64,000 nucleotides of DNA from an uncultured Bacteroidales bacterium (GTDB lineage: Bacteria; Bacteroidota; Bacteroidia; Bacteroidales; JAGOPY01), in contig CAZUDV010000014.1 of assembly GCA_964619555.1 (NCBI GenBank), forward strand, positions 22,658 to 86,657, given 5' to 3'. A model generated the notes under the pieces. It saw nothing but the letters and a program-made list of their open reading frames with translations. It did no database searches and had not been told where the DNA came from. Of the stretch, positions 48,458-57,515 are shown one piece after another. The position numbers and the translations under genes are program-made. Within the stretch, counting starts at the first letter, position 1. Each line of letters begins with the position of its first letter.

Positions 48458-49216
48458 ATGGAAAAGGCATACAGCGATTATGAACTTAACCAAACGGCTA
48501 ATCGAATTATTAAACGAGTTGATGATATAGCAAAATCTATGTCCTCAATGATGGGGGCTAATTCATTTGGCTCATCGCCAAATATGGGAAATATCTTTCA
48601 AAAGGTTGGCGAATACCCTATTGATTTTGCCAAAGAATTCTATAGATCAAATATTAACGATTTACGTTATATCAAATCCAAAGTTGGCTCATTTGATGAA
48701 ACTTATAAAGAATTATCGGATGGGGTGGTTATGACCGTAGTTGGTTTGGTAAAATTCCCCGTTTCATTTGCCAGATTGATGACAGCAGCAGGTGATATTA
48801 AAAGCCAGAAGAACAGTCCTGAATTACTAAAAGCCAGAAGGAATCTAACCGAAGGTGCTCAATTATTATCTGAAGTAGCACAACAAGATATCAGTATCGA
48901 AGTTAAAACTGCCATTAATAGTCTACAAAATGACATAAAAGCCATTGAGAAAAAACTTGACCCTTCTTCTGGATGTTATATTGCCACCAGCATTTATAAG
49001 GATTATGACCACCCAAATGTATTAACATTAAGATGTTTTCGTGATATGTATCTTTCCAAATCTGTCGCTGGCAATGCTATGATACGGATATATTATTTTC
49101 TTTCACCCAGTATGATTTCTCTTTTCAGAAATAAATACATAAATTATGCCACTAAATTCATTTTGGATTATTTCACCAAACATATCAATAAAGTAGAATA
49201 TGGAAAATCCAAGTAA
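48458..49216 (+). CDS. Helical protein with C-terminal CFI-box-CTERM domain
   Basis: GCYIATSIY...V.TLRCFRD.YL....G...I..YY..SP. Confidence 0.8.
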   Translation: MEKAYSDYELNQTANRIIKRVDDIAKSMSSMMGANSFGSSPNMGNIFQKVGEYPIDFAKEFYRSNINDLRYIKSKVGSFDETYKELSDGVVMTVVGLVKFPVSFARLMTAAGDIKSQKNSPELLKARRNLTEGAQLLSEVAQQDISIEVKTAINSLQNDIKAIEKKLDPSSGCYIATSIYKDYDHPNVLTLRCFRDMYLSKSVAGNAMIRIYYFLSPSMISLFRNKYINYATKFILDYFTKHINKVEYGKSK

Positions 49217-49589
49217 AATTTTTGAGAAATTACTCGCTATGGTTGAAGAACGGGTGTTTAATTATCACGCCGAATCACTTTGTGAAGAAATTGGGCTGAT
49301 ATTATCACCCATTGATGATTCTCACATAACATTCAAGGACGGAAGTGGATCAATAATGGGAGAACTTGTTTTCGGATTTGCTGGCAGACTAATTAAAGTT
49401 GTCGTGAAGCCATCCAAAGAGGTCTACCAAATTTGGGCACATTTGAGCAAATCATTACCAGACTATCAGTATATGGGAATCACTGGAATTGCAGATAGCG
49501 TATCCAAGAACACCAGAATTATGTTGAAAAACAATATTTTAACGGGCAGACTTATAAGTATCTACCATAGGGATTTGACACCTTATTAA
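49200..49589 (+). CDS. Hypothetical protein
   Basis: 129-aa ORF overlapping the upstream stop. Confidence 0.62.
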   Translation: MENPSKIFEKLLAMVEERVFNYHAESLCEEIGLILSPIDDSHITFKDGSGSIMGELVFGFAGRLIKVVVKPSKEVYQIWAHLSKSLPDYQYMGITGIADSVSKNTRIMLKNNILTGRLISIYHRDLTPY

Positions 49590-49631
49590 TCTTATGCATT
49601 TTATCAATAGTTTTATATAAAAATTTCAACT

Positions 49632-49988
49632 ATGGGAATCTTTGACATATTCAAGCAATCCAGTGAACCAATTGATGTGCGTTCAATCAGCGATGAAGAC
49701 ATTAGAACCAGACGTTATCACAATAAAGTGATTACTTTGGTAGGTATAGTGACTTTACAGAAGCAAATTATTGTTGATTTCAATTACCCTGGAATAAACT
49801 TTGATGAAACAAATAAGGTAACTATATCAGATATGGTCGGTGCTGCTAAAGGATTTTTACTTCATACGAATAAAACATTATATAATGGAAAGGTAATCGT
49901 TACAGGGAAAATGGAGGTTGATAATCTACCTAAGCCAAAATATTCAATAACGATTGATAATAAATCTAATATGAAATTTTATATGTAA
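49632..49988 (+). CDS. Hypothetical protein (possible OB-fold)
   Basis: MGIFDIFK N-terminus; YHNKVITLVGIV...KVIVTGK beta-rich pattern. Confidence 0.6.
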   Translation: MGIFDIFKQSSEPIDVRSISDEDIRTRRYHNKVITLVGIVTLQKQIIVDFNYPGINFDETNKVTISDMVGAAKGFLLHTNKTLYNGKVIVTGKMEVDNLPKPKYSITIDNKSNMKFYM

Positions 49989-50021
49989 TAAAGCAGATAT
50001 TTTAATACCAAAATTGAAGTT

Positions 50022-50891
50022 ATGGAATCACAAAAAGAAAAATGGATTAATATTTTCAGAAATTCAAACTATTCTGATTTAATGGAGGAAACCCCAAATT
50101 ATATAGAGGTAGTTAATGATTTTCTTGTTCCTGATAAAATTAACGCTGACCTATTTCGTGCGAATATTGAAGTAATGGATGTTGGGATGCTGGAATTATA
50201 TCAGGGTCAATATGAACCCACCCCGAATATAGAACGGTTTATTTACTATACCCATAGACCAATGGGTTATCCTTTATGGTTTCTTGCCGCATATCCCGAT
50301 GTTGCTGAATGGTTTACTGCTAATATTAAAGATAATATGAATCTTTTTTATACTGCCACGGATACGAATGAGGAATATTTTAAAGATGAATCAAATTTTG
50401 ACAATGACAAATTCAAAACTAATATTTTACGAAAATTAATTTCATATTATATAAAGACTGTCAATAATTCACTTGAATGTTCGAAAAATCCTACAACTTT
50501 AGAAACAATATCAGGTTCGATTTTGGGAGATAGTATGCTCCCCTCGGATATGAAAGCGCTAATGTTAGTAAATGATGGTGAAAATGAAATGAAATTAAAT
50601 AATTCTACTGGCGCTTTACAAAAATTTTCCCAGGCGATCTCAATTCATCCAACAGCAAGAGCATATTGTTTGAGGGGGAATGTATATTTTGATGACAAGG
50701 ACTTTAATAAAGCCCTGAATGATTATAATTCTTGTATAAATATTGATGATTCTTTTGCACCTGCGTATTTGGGTCGTGCTGCAATTAGAATGTCGAATGG
50801 TAATAGGACAGGAGCGTGTGCGGATTTAAAAAAAGCCTATGAATTGGGTATGAATGACGCATACGATCTTTACAGAAAACTTTGTCTTTGA
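50022..50891 (+). CDS. Protein with C-terminal TPR repeats
   Basis: ALQKFSQAI, AYCLRGNVY...ALNDY, AYLGRA...GACADLKKAYELG. Confidence 0.82.
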   Translation: MESQKEKWINIFRNSNYSDLMEETPNYIEVVNDFLVPDKINADLFRANIEVMDVGMLELYQGQYEPTPNIERFIYYTHRPMGYPLWFLAAYPDVAEWFTANIKDNMNLFYTATDTNEEYFKDESNFDNDKFKTNILRKLISYYIKTVNNSLECSKNPTTLETISGSILGDSMLPSDMKALMLVNDGENEMKLNNSTGALQKFSQAISIHPTARAYCLRGNVYFDDKDFNKALNDYNSCINIDDSFAPAYLGRAAIRMSNGNRTGACADLKKAYELGMNDAYDLYRKLCL

Positions 50892-50947
50892 AATTATTAT
50901 TAACTATGGTGCGATTTTATTATTATATTACTTAAATCTATTGATAT

Positions 50948-51253
50948 ATGTTAATATTAGGTGAATCTGGAAAATTGGAATTAATTGATGATTACAGTGA
51001 CTCTGTTAGGACAATTGCTACGGATGTTAAGTATGCAGAACCTAATGATTTTGAAGACGAATATACTCTTATTCTTTACAATAGTGGGAAAGTTGAATTA
51101 AGGTTTTCGAGGGATGGCTCATTGTTGACTACAGTTGCAAATACCAAAGCATTAAAGGTTGGATGGATGACAAATGACGCAATTTTTGTTGAATTTGATG
51201 GTGGGAAAAGCACTCTCTATTCAAAAAAAGGTGTTTTTATTTGTCAACTATGA
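50948..51253 (+). CDS. Hypothetical beta-rich protein
   Basis: 101-aa ORF with repeated ..SGK(L/V)EL / GGKSTL hairpin units. Confidence 0.58.
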   Translation: MLILGESGKLELIDDYSDSVRTIATDVKYAEPNDFEDEYTLILYNSGKVELRFSRDGSLLTTVANTKALKVGWMTNDAIFVEFDGGKSTLYSKKGVFICQL

Positions 51254-51760
51254 TGATGAAACAGGTTGGGGGATGAAAATTCCACCAACACCCCCCCCAA
51301 AAATTCACCCCCCCCCTTTTATTATCAAGGGTTTGGGGCATATTTCTGAACCAGTTTACCTTCCACGAACGGATAATGGTCATAAACATAAGCCATCAAA
51401 CTATTTTGCGAAAATTTTAAACGCTTCATTATTAATCAATTAACAGTTTTCCCAATTTCTTTCATAGCCTACCAACTTTTTCACGAAAAACGGGAATGAA
51501 CCATCATTCAATTGTGCAAAATATATTATGTAATAAATTGATAATTAGCGTTTTAAATTTGGTTTTTCCAAAAATTATTCGGATATTTGCACCAGTTCTT
51601 TTTTCATAAATTGTAAGGTTGATCTGGCTGGGTTGCGCAGCCGAAGAATGGGGGCACTTTTTGAATTGCTTAGCCGCCCATTGACCCACGGTTTTTTAAC
51701 ATTTTTCCGTGGGAAGCAACAAATTCCGCCGAATATTATGGCTGGTGAATTTATTAAGCG

Positions 51761-51810
51761 GGAACCCCACAATCATTACAGCAATGATCGAAATGGGGTT
51801 CCTCTTTTTC
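51761..51810 (+). terminator. Long hairpin with T tail ending a hairpin cluster
   Basis: GGAACCCCA (51761-51769) / TGGGGTTCC (51794-51802) with inner ATCATT/AATGAT, followed by TCTTTTT. Confidence 0.6.
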
Positions 51811-51847
51811 ATAAATAGACTTTACATTTTTTGCTTCCAGCCTATAT

Positions 51848-54049
51848 TTATACTGTAGGGGTCATCTTCACCCGATCACGCATTCTGGGCAGGTAATCTG
51901 GGTCGTCCAGATGATTGCCAGAATCGTTAAAAGGAGAATGCCACGGTTCATTGATATAGTTTGGATACATCCCGTTATGATAGCCTTCAGAACCCGACAG
52001 GGTGAATATCTTGCTACGTTTGCTTACGACATACGTGGTGATTTTCTTCTTTCCCTTTCGGAATTTGATATATCCACGGTCATTTAACTGCTTTGTCACG
52101 CTTGGCACGTTGATCCGTTTGCCGTACTGCGAAAAATGGGACAAGAGCAAAGATACCAGTTCCAAACTGCCGATTTGGAATTCTTCCGCCTTGTCCGCGG
52201 GTTGATCCAGATATTCATCGATGATCAGGTCAACATCGGATTGCTGTATGTAATCCTCGTTCAATTGCTTTAGCAGTTCAATATCCGACGGTTCGAATGA
52301 GTATTTGAAGCCGCTTTCAAACAGGTGGTATGCTTCCATAAACAGATCATCCAGATCGACTACCGCTAACTTTTGCTTATCGATATCAGCCAATTCGATG
52401 GGGATTATCCTGCGGTTCTTTTGCTCACGCACCACGCTCAGGTTATTGCCTGAGCCAGCGAAGGAGCAACGGCGTTTGATGGTGCTGATCCTTCGGTCGT
52501 ATTTGCGGCGGGTGGTCAGTTCCTTATTGCTCAGGATGGTTTTGAAGGTTTTTTCAGCTTCATATGTTCGACCGTCCATTTCATCATCTATGACCAGCAG
52601 GGATTGGCTCATAACCACTTTAAAGTCATCGTCGAATGACAGCGAATGCTCCACACGGTACTTTTGCAGGGCTTCAGGCAAGGTATACTTTCGTAGCATT
52701 GTTGTCTTGCCAATTCCCTGTTCAACCGATAACAGCGTCAGGAAAAATTCATTGGCGTATTCACCGTCCAATGCTTGGGCAACCATACCAACATACCATT
52801 TCTTTAAAAAATGCAGCACCGCGCTTTTGTCGATGTTTGGGTTTTTCAAGATCAGGCAGTCCAGCCATCGTTCAAAGGTGCCAGATGGGTTTCGATGCCT
52901 GTTGGCTTCAATGTAATCACGGACGGGGTGAACTTCGGTAATGTGAGTGCATTTAGCAACTTCTTCGAAGTTTGCACGGGGAATTTCCCTGCCGAAATGC
53001 TTTTTCATATCGACGAACAATGTATTATAAACCCTTTCGTCCACGACAACATCGTTGAAGGTCAGGTCTTGTACAAATGAGTCGAATCGCAGCCCTATCC
53101 CGTTGAGATAGTCCAAGATGTCATCTGAATTTACTCGTTGCGTCCTTCCTTCCACTTGGAATCCGTATTCGGGCAATAGCCTGACGGTGGTGCGGTAATC
53201 ATTATTGCCTTCCAGTACCTGCAACACTTGGAAGTGGTTGTAGGGCTTTTCTGATATAAAATCAGTTGATGTCGAGAAACAGAAGAAGACCCGTGAATCC
53301 TTGAAGTAATACCCAGAATGGCTGGCGACTGAGCCATCCCGAAGAAGATAGACTTTTTCATCATCTTCCCTGACCACCGACCAATCGTGTTTTTCGAACA
53401 GTTCTATGATACTATATTGCTCGTTGAACGCATTGATGGCTGGGATACTGTATTTGTAGGGGTTATCATCCTTCTTGGGGAAATACCGTGTCAGGCTTCT
53501 TGCAGTTTCCAATAAGAAGTTGCGTTCCTGTGGCGTGATCACTGGGATATCCACGGTCAGGTTCTTCAGGTAGAAGGTTCCCTGCAATACCTTGTTATTT
53601 ATGGCATTAGTGCAGAAGTAGCCCCCCTCGCCACGGGTTTCGATGATAACCGATTTATCCGAATGCAGGGCAAGCTTTTGGTTGGGCTCGATCTGTGCAT
53701 CAGGACAGCAATATATGATATGGTATCCTTGATTGGGGGTGGTTTGGATGATCAGCCGATCCAGCAGGTCTTTGGGGATCAAGGCTGCGTATTCATCCCA
53801 TATGGTCTTTTTGGGATCATTCTTGACATCCACATCAATGATCTCCACATTGCCGCTTATGATCCCGCAGATGACCCCAACGGATCCTTGGTTCAGGTAG
53901 TGGGAATGCCAGTAATCTACTGGTGCCTTTTCGTGTTGGAATTCCGTCCATTGTTGGAATGGTATCTTTTGGGAAGACACGGGAATGATGGACAGAGGGA
54001 AGTTATCCGTTGGTGTTTGTTCGTGTGGTGTTTCATATGCTGTACTCAT
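51848..54049 (-). CDS. Bifunctional primase-polymerase (PrimPol) fused to a VirE/VapE-like P-loop helicase domain
   Basis: KIPF..W..FQ, GVICG, IIDVDVK, TPNQGYH, IETRGEGGY; C-terminal QGIGKTT, VIDDEM, RRKYDR, SFAGSGN, RRIIPI. Confidence 0.87.
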   Translation of the reverse strand: MSTAYETPHEQTPTDNFPLSIIPVSSQKIPFQQWTEFQHEKAPVDYWHSHYLNQGSVGVICGIISGNVEIIDVDVKNDPKKTIWDEYAALIPKDLLDRLIIQTTPNQGYHIIYCCPDAQIEPNQKLALHSDKSVIIETRGEGGYFCTNAINNKVLQGTFYLKNLTVDIPVITPQERNFLLETARSLTRYFPKKDDNPYKYSIPAINAFNEQYSIIELFEKHDWSVVREDDEKVYLLRDGSVASHSGYYFKDSRVFFCFSTSTDFISEKPYNHFQVLQVLEGNNDYRTTVRLLPEYGFQVEGRTQRVNSDDILDYLNGIGLRFDSFVQDLTFNDVVVDERVYNTLFVDMKKHFGREIPRANFEEVAKCTHITEVHPVRDYIEANRHRNPSGTFERWLDCLILKNPNIDKSAVLHFLKKWYVGMVAQALDGEYANEFFLTLLSVEQGIGKTTMLRKYTLPEALQKYRVEHSLSFDDDFKVVMSQSLLVIDDEMDGRTYEAEKTFKTILSNKELTTRRKYDRRISTIKRRCSFAGSGNNLSVVREQKNRRIIPIELADIDKQKLAVVDLDDLFMEAYHLFESGFKYSFEPSDIELLKQLNEDYIQQSDVDLIIDEYLDQPADKAEEFQIGSLELVSLLLSHFSQYGKRINVPSVTKQLNDRGYIKFRKGKKKITTYVVSKRSKIFTLSGSEGYHNGMYPNYINEPWHSPFNDSGNHLDDPDYLPRMRDRVKMTPTV

Positions 54050-54227
54050 TTTGTTTCACATTTTTCTCTTGCTTATTCATTTCCCGCAATCTTCTATGCA
54101 ATAGCCATTTGGTGTAAGTGGTTATGCGCATAAACTCGCTGCTGGCTTCCGCTTCAAGTTTTTTATAGAAATCTTCGTCCAGCGTAAGATTCAACTTGAT
54201 CTTTTTTTGTTTTTCTGATTTTTTCAT
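54033..54227 (-). CDS. Ribbon-helix-helix (CopG-like) regulator
   Basis: IKLNLTLDEDFYKKLEAEA...ITTYTKWLL; overlaps the replicase start. Confidence 0.62.
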   Translation of the reverse strand: MKKSEKQKKIKLNLTLDEDFYKKLEAEASSEFMRITTYTKWLLHRRLREMNKQEKNVKQNEYSI

Positions 54228-54374
54228 TTGAATTAATTTTTATCAGCTTATTATTTTGGACACTGGGTGTCCCTTTTGCAATAAATAGTCATTAGTTGCC
54301 GAAAGGAAAGAGTTGTTGCCAAAAATTTTCTTTTTTTCTACTTTTTTCTATTATTCATTGGTTTATTTTGTCAA

Positions 54375-54515
54375 AGGTGGACAGGTGGACAGGCAAAAAA
54401 AGGCATTTAAACAGGAATTGAAACAGTGACAGTGGAAAATCAGTTAACTGAAAATTGACTGTCACTGTTCCGTATGTTTAAAAGTGGCTTGTCACCCTGT
54501 CCACCCTGTCCACCT
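54375..54515. repeat. 141-bp nested inverted-repeat structure, candidate replication origin
   Basis: AGGTGGACAGGTGGACAGG / CCTGTCCACCCTGTCCACCT, TTTAAACA / TGTTTAAA, AACAGTGACAGT / ACTGTCACTGTT and central TCAGTTAACTGA, all centred at about 54445. Confidence 0.8.
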
Positions 54516-54533
54516 ATGATAATTATATCATAA

Positions 54534-54770
54534 TTATCTGGCGGTGGCGTTCTTTCTTTTTATCCTCAGATCATCCAACTTCACGTATTCTTTTAGAAAC
54601 GCGTCCGAAAGATAGGTGCGTTCTACACGCCGCTTTTCGTACAATTTCATTGACGCCCAGTTTGGATTCCTTGGATTATCAACATACTTGTCAGGTGGAT
54701 CAAAGAATTGTGCAATCAGACGTGGAGTGAAACCTAATCGAATTAAATCGGTGTAAAAATAATACTCCAT
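54534..54770 (-). CDS. Hypothetical protein
   Basis: 78-aa ORF with A-rich leader; GFT...I..F..PPD....NP....MKLY. Confidence 0.55.
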   Translation of the reverse strand: MEYYFYTDLIRLGFTPRLIAQFFDPPDKYVDNPRNPNWASMKLYEKRRVERTYLSDAFLKEYVKLDDLRIKRKNATAR

Positions 54771-55010
54771 AATATTGTTATTTAAATCTTATTCCCCACA
54801 ACCCAACGGGCTTTCCGTCGGCACTTGGCTATATGTGGGCTTTTTTAACCAAGTAGGATAAATATGCACAAAAAAATCGAGAAAACCAAATTTTTAGGCA
54901 AAAATAATTAACTTAATTTCCTGAATATCAGTTCGTAAAAAAGTTTGCAGAATTGACGTAACATAAAAGGTTATATATGAATAAATTAACATTCGTAAAA
55001 TATTTGGCAT

Positions 55011-55364
55011 ATGGACACAAATTCATCAACTTTTGAAATGGCATTGCGGGAATTACTAATCCCGATCATCGAACAAGCCGTTAACTCGGCGATGGAAAAG
55101 TACTTCATCGCCTACGTAGAGAACCACCCACCAGAACCCGACATAATTGATCTTAATGGCGTGGTAGGATATCTTGGGCTTAAACGATCCACCCTCTATA
55201 CGATGACCAGCCGAAAGGAGATACCTTATTATAAAGTAGGGCGGAAATTACTGTTCAAAAAGTCGGAACTGGATCGGTGGGTAAAGGAAGGTAAACGGAA
55301 GACAAGTAGGGAGATTGAAAAGGAAGCGGCAAATTACATAACCCGTAGTAGGCGCAGTTACTGA
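55011..55364 (+). CDS. Excisionase-family HTH DNA-binding protein
   Basis: VVGYLGLKRSTLYTMTSRKEIPYYKVGRKLLFKKSELDRW. Confidence 0.9.
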   Translation: MDTNSSTFEMALRELLIPIIEQAVNSAMEKYFIAYVENHPPEPDIIDLNGVVGYLGLKRSTLYTMTSRKEIPYYKVGRKLLFKKSELDRWVKEGKRKTSREIEKEAANYITRSRRSY

Positions 55365-55397
55365 AAACTTATGCTGATATTTACCTTAGCTATGCAA

Positions 55398-55430
55398 TAA
55401 AAAACCCCGTTGCCAACAACAACAACGGGG
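55398..55430 (-). terminator. Intrinsic terminator between convergent genes
   Basis: CCCCGTTG (55405-55412) / CAACGGGG (55423-55430) preceded by an A run on the plus strand. Confidence 0.7.
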
Positions 55431-55466
55431 CAAAACAACACAAAACGGCAAACGAGAATAGTGCTA

Positions 55467-56375
55467 TTAAGCTACATTTGGATGATTGTGCCAAATTCGG
55501 TTAATCAGATAACCCTTAGGGTTATTGGTGTCCGCGATCTTATGAGCCACAATATGTTCGGGCACAATGATGGGCTGGCAGATTCTAAAGTTGGAGCCAG
55601 TTAAGTTGTTCCCGTAGGAATCAGGCTCAACGTCAGCATCGATTCCTTCTACCGAAACCTCAACAACAACGAACTCTCCGTTGACGTGCAGCTTTTCGGT
55701 GGCAACATCAAACAATACATCCTTGTTGGAGTAAAGTCGGATATACCCGTCAGGTTCCGCCATTATTCCATTTATTTGGATATGCGGATAATTATTCTTC
55801 ACCGTAGGGTAGAATAAGGACTCCAACGGCTTCACATAAGGAGTGTTCAGGATGGAGATGATGTGACCAGCATCATTCCTTGTCTGGCAGATTTCGTCCA
55901 CCACGGAATAACCATAATTCTGGCAAAGCAGGAGTTCCCTATCAAGGGCATCCAAATGTACTGTTGGAGTTTCAGAAATACCTGACTCCATCATTACATA
56001 GGAATGTCCGCTGTGGTGGTCAATGCAATTTAGGGTAAGGGACAATTCTCTCCCAATTTCTGGCTTTTCGGGATCGATTGGAGCGAAATGATCGAACTCA
56101 ATGCCATTGATCTGGTAGTTCTCGTTCGCTAAGTGGTGCAGTTGCTCATATTGCTTTAATGCTTCTACACGGGCATTAATGGCTTTGGGTGCAGGATGGA
56201 AATGATATTCCACCAAATGAACACGTTGTGAATTGCCATCGGATTCCACATTTTTGATATGGGCAACGACGGAGTAGGAGATGTTCTTTTCGGCTGTAGC
56301 AACAGCGGGTGAGGTTTCCCCCAAAATTGTTCTGCTTTCCATACTTGAAGGTATTAAGGATTGTTTACTTTTCAA
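55467..56375 (-). CDS. Hypothetical protein (unannotated paralog family, member 2, with C-terminal extension)
   Basis: 302-aa ORF; ISYSV...KAINARVEA...CID...LDALDRELLL. Confidence 0.7.
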   Translation of the reverse strand: MKSKQSLIPSSMESRTILGETSPAVATAEKNISYSVVAHIKNVESDGNSQRVHLVEYHFHPAPKAINARVEALKQYEQLHHLANENYQINGIEFDHFAPIDPEKPEIGRELSLTLNCIDHHSGHSYVMMESGISETPTVHLDALDRELLLCQNYGYSVVDEICQTRNDAGHIISILNTPYVKPLESLFYPTVKNNYPHIQINGIMAEPDGYIRLYSNKDVLFDVATEKLHVNGEFVVVEVSVEGIDADVEPDSYGNNLTGSNFRICQPIIVPEHIVAHKIADTNNPKGYLINRIWHNHPNVA

Positions 56376-57027
56376 TTACTGGCATCCATCTGATGTCCAA
56401 TGGGAAATCTTCGGAATCAGCATAAGGTTTGGTCTTTTTGCTGAGCCTTGGGGATATTTGAATGCCTTGGTAGTCGAAGAAGATCATTTCGTCGTCACCC
56501 ATTGTGAGAGTTACGGGCTCAACCTTGCCCAGAGAATACTCATACCTTTCATACATATTGTATTCTTCAGCCATTTCCGTGATGGCATCAAAGGTGGAAA
56601 CCTTGCCAACGCCATCACTTACTAAAGTCTTACCGATGCCTTGGTCGTCAATGCAATACACCTTTATATACATAATGGATATATTGCGCTCTTTCTTTGC
56701 CACCAGTTCTTCTTGGGTGTCGATGTGGTATTCGCAAAGCTTGCCTTCGATCAGGGCGTCCTGCTGAAGCTGGTAGGCATAGGCGAAAGCTTTACGCCTT
56801 GCGTCAAGAGCTTTGGCTTCTTTGAAGGTCTTTTCGGTGTTGACGATAAGGGATGCTCTCCCATTTTCGTCCTTGCGGAAGATTTCCAGTTTTACCATAT
56901 AAGATATATGGCAGTTGTTCTTACTTGAAACGTTGTCCTTTTTGTCTGTGGAGTAATTGGCACCTTGTGCCGTTACTTCCTGTGGAGTTGAATTTTTCAT
57001 TACTTTTTGTTTTTGATTAATATTCAT
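56365..57027 (-). CDS. Hypothetical protein (unannotated paralog family, member 3)
   Basis: 220-aa ORF; ISYMV...KALDARRKAF...CID...ITEMAEEY. Confidence 0.7.
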   Translation of the reverse strand: MNINQKQKVMKNSTPQEVTAQGANYSTDKKDNVSSKNNCHISYMVKLEIFRKDENGRASLIVNTEKTFKEAKALDARRKAFAYAYQLQQDALIEGKLCEYHIDTQEELVAKKERNISIMYIKVYCIDDQGIGKTLVSDGVGKVSTFDAITEMAEEYNMYERYEYSLGKVEPVTLTMGDDEMIFFDYQGIQISPRLSKKTKPYADSEDFPLDIRWMPVIEK

Positions 57028-57029
57028 TT

Positions 57030-57308
57030 TTAAATTCTTTTGTATTTGTTGGTGCTTTCCAGAGCGGCATACACATCCGATTCATAAAATCTGACTCTGG
57101 AGTTTCCACGAAAAGCTGAAATCTTCCCATTCTTTACCCATTTATTCAAGGTCGCCAATGATATCCGCAATATTGCCGCCGTTTCCTGTCTTGTGAGTAA
57201 CCTACCTTTTTTATTACTATAAGATTCAGGAAGGAGCTCTTTCACGGCTTCCATAACCAGCCTTTTTAGTTCTTCAGGTGACATTGATATTAATATTGTG
57301 TTTTGCAT
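57030..57308 (-). CDS. Excisionase-family HTH DNA-binding protein
   Basis: LLTRQETAAILRISLATLNKWVKNG...VRFYESDV; start trimmed to ATG 57308; TATCTTTG -7 motif at 57331-57338. Confidence 0.88.
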   Translation of the reverse strand: MQNTILISMSPEELKRLVMEAVKELLPESYSNKKGRLLTRQETAAILRISLATLNKWVKNGKISAFRGNSRVRFYESDVYAALESTNKYKRI

Positions 57309-57419
57309 ATCTTGGGTAAAAAATCTGCCCCAAAGATACGAATAAATTTTGACGTAACAAAATGATATACAGTGTTTTATGACGAGTAGAATTCGAGGTA
57401 GAATTTTTTTGAAATAAGA

Positions 57420-57446
57420 AAAGACCATTCAAATTGAATGGTCTTT
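57420..57446. terminator. Perfect 11-bp hairpin downstream of the RteC-domain gene
   Basis: AAAGACCATTC-AAATT-GAATGGTCTTT. Confidence 0.65.
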
Positions 57447-57515
57447 AACTGATGATATATGAAATGTTCAAATACTTAGGAGTATTGACGATAAATTCTA
57501 TTCAGTAATTTAATT

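Noticed and set aside
39304-51253. Integron-like cassette array
   Set aside because: Many short co-oriented genes, but I found no recurring attC-like palindrome between them, and most gaps are too small.
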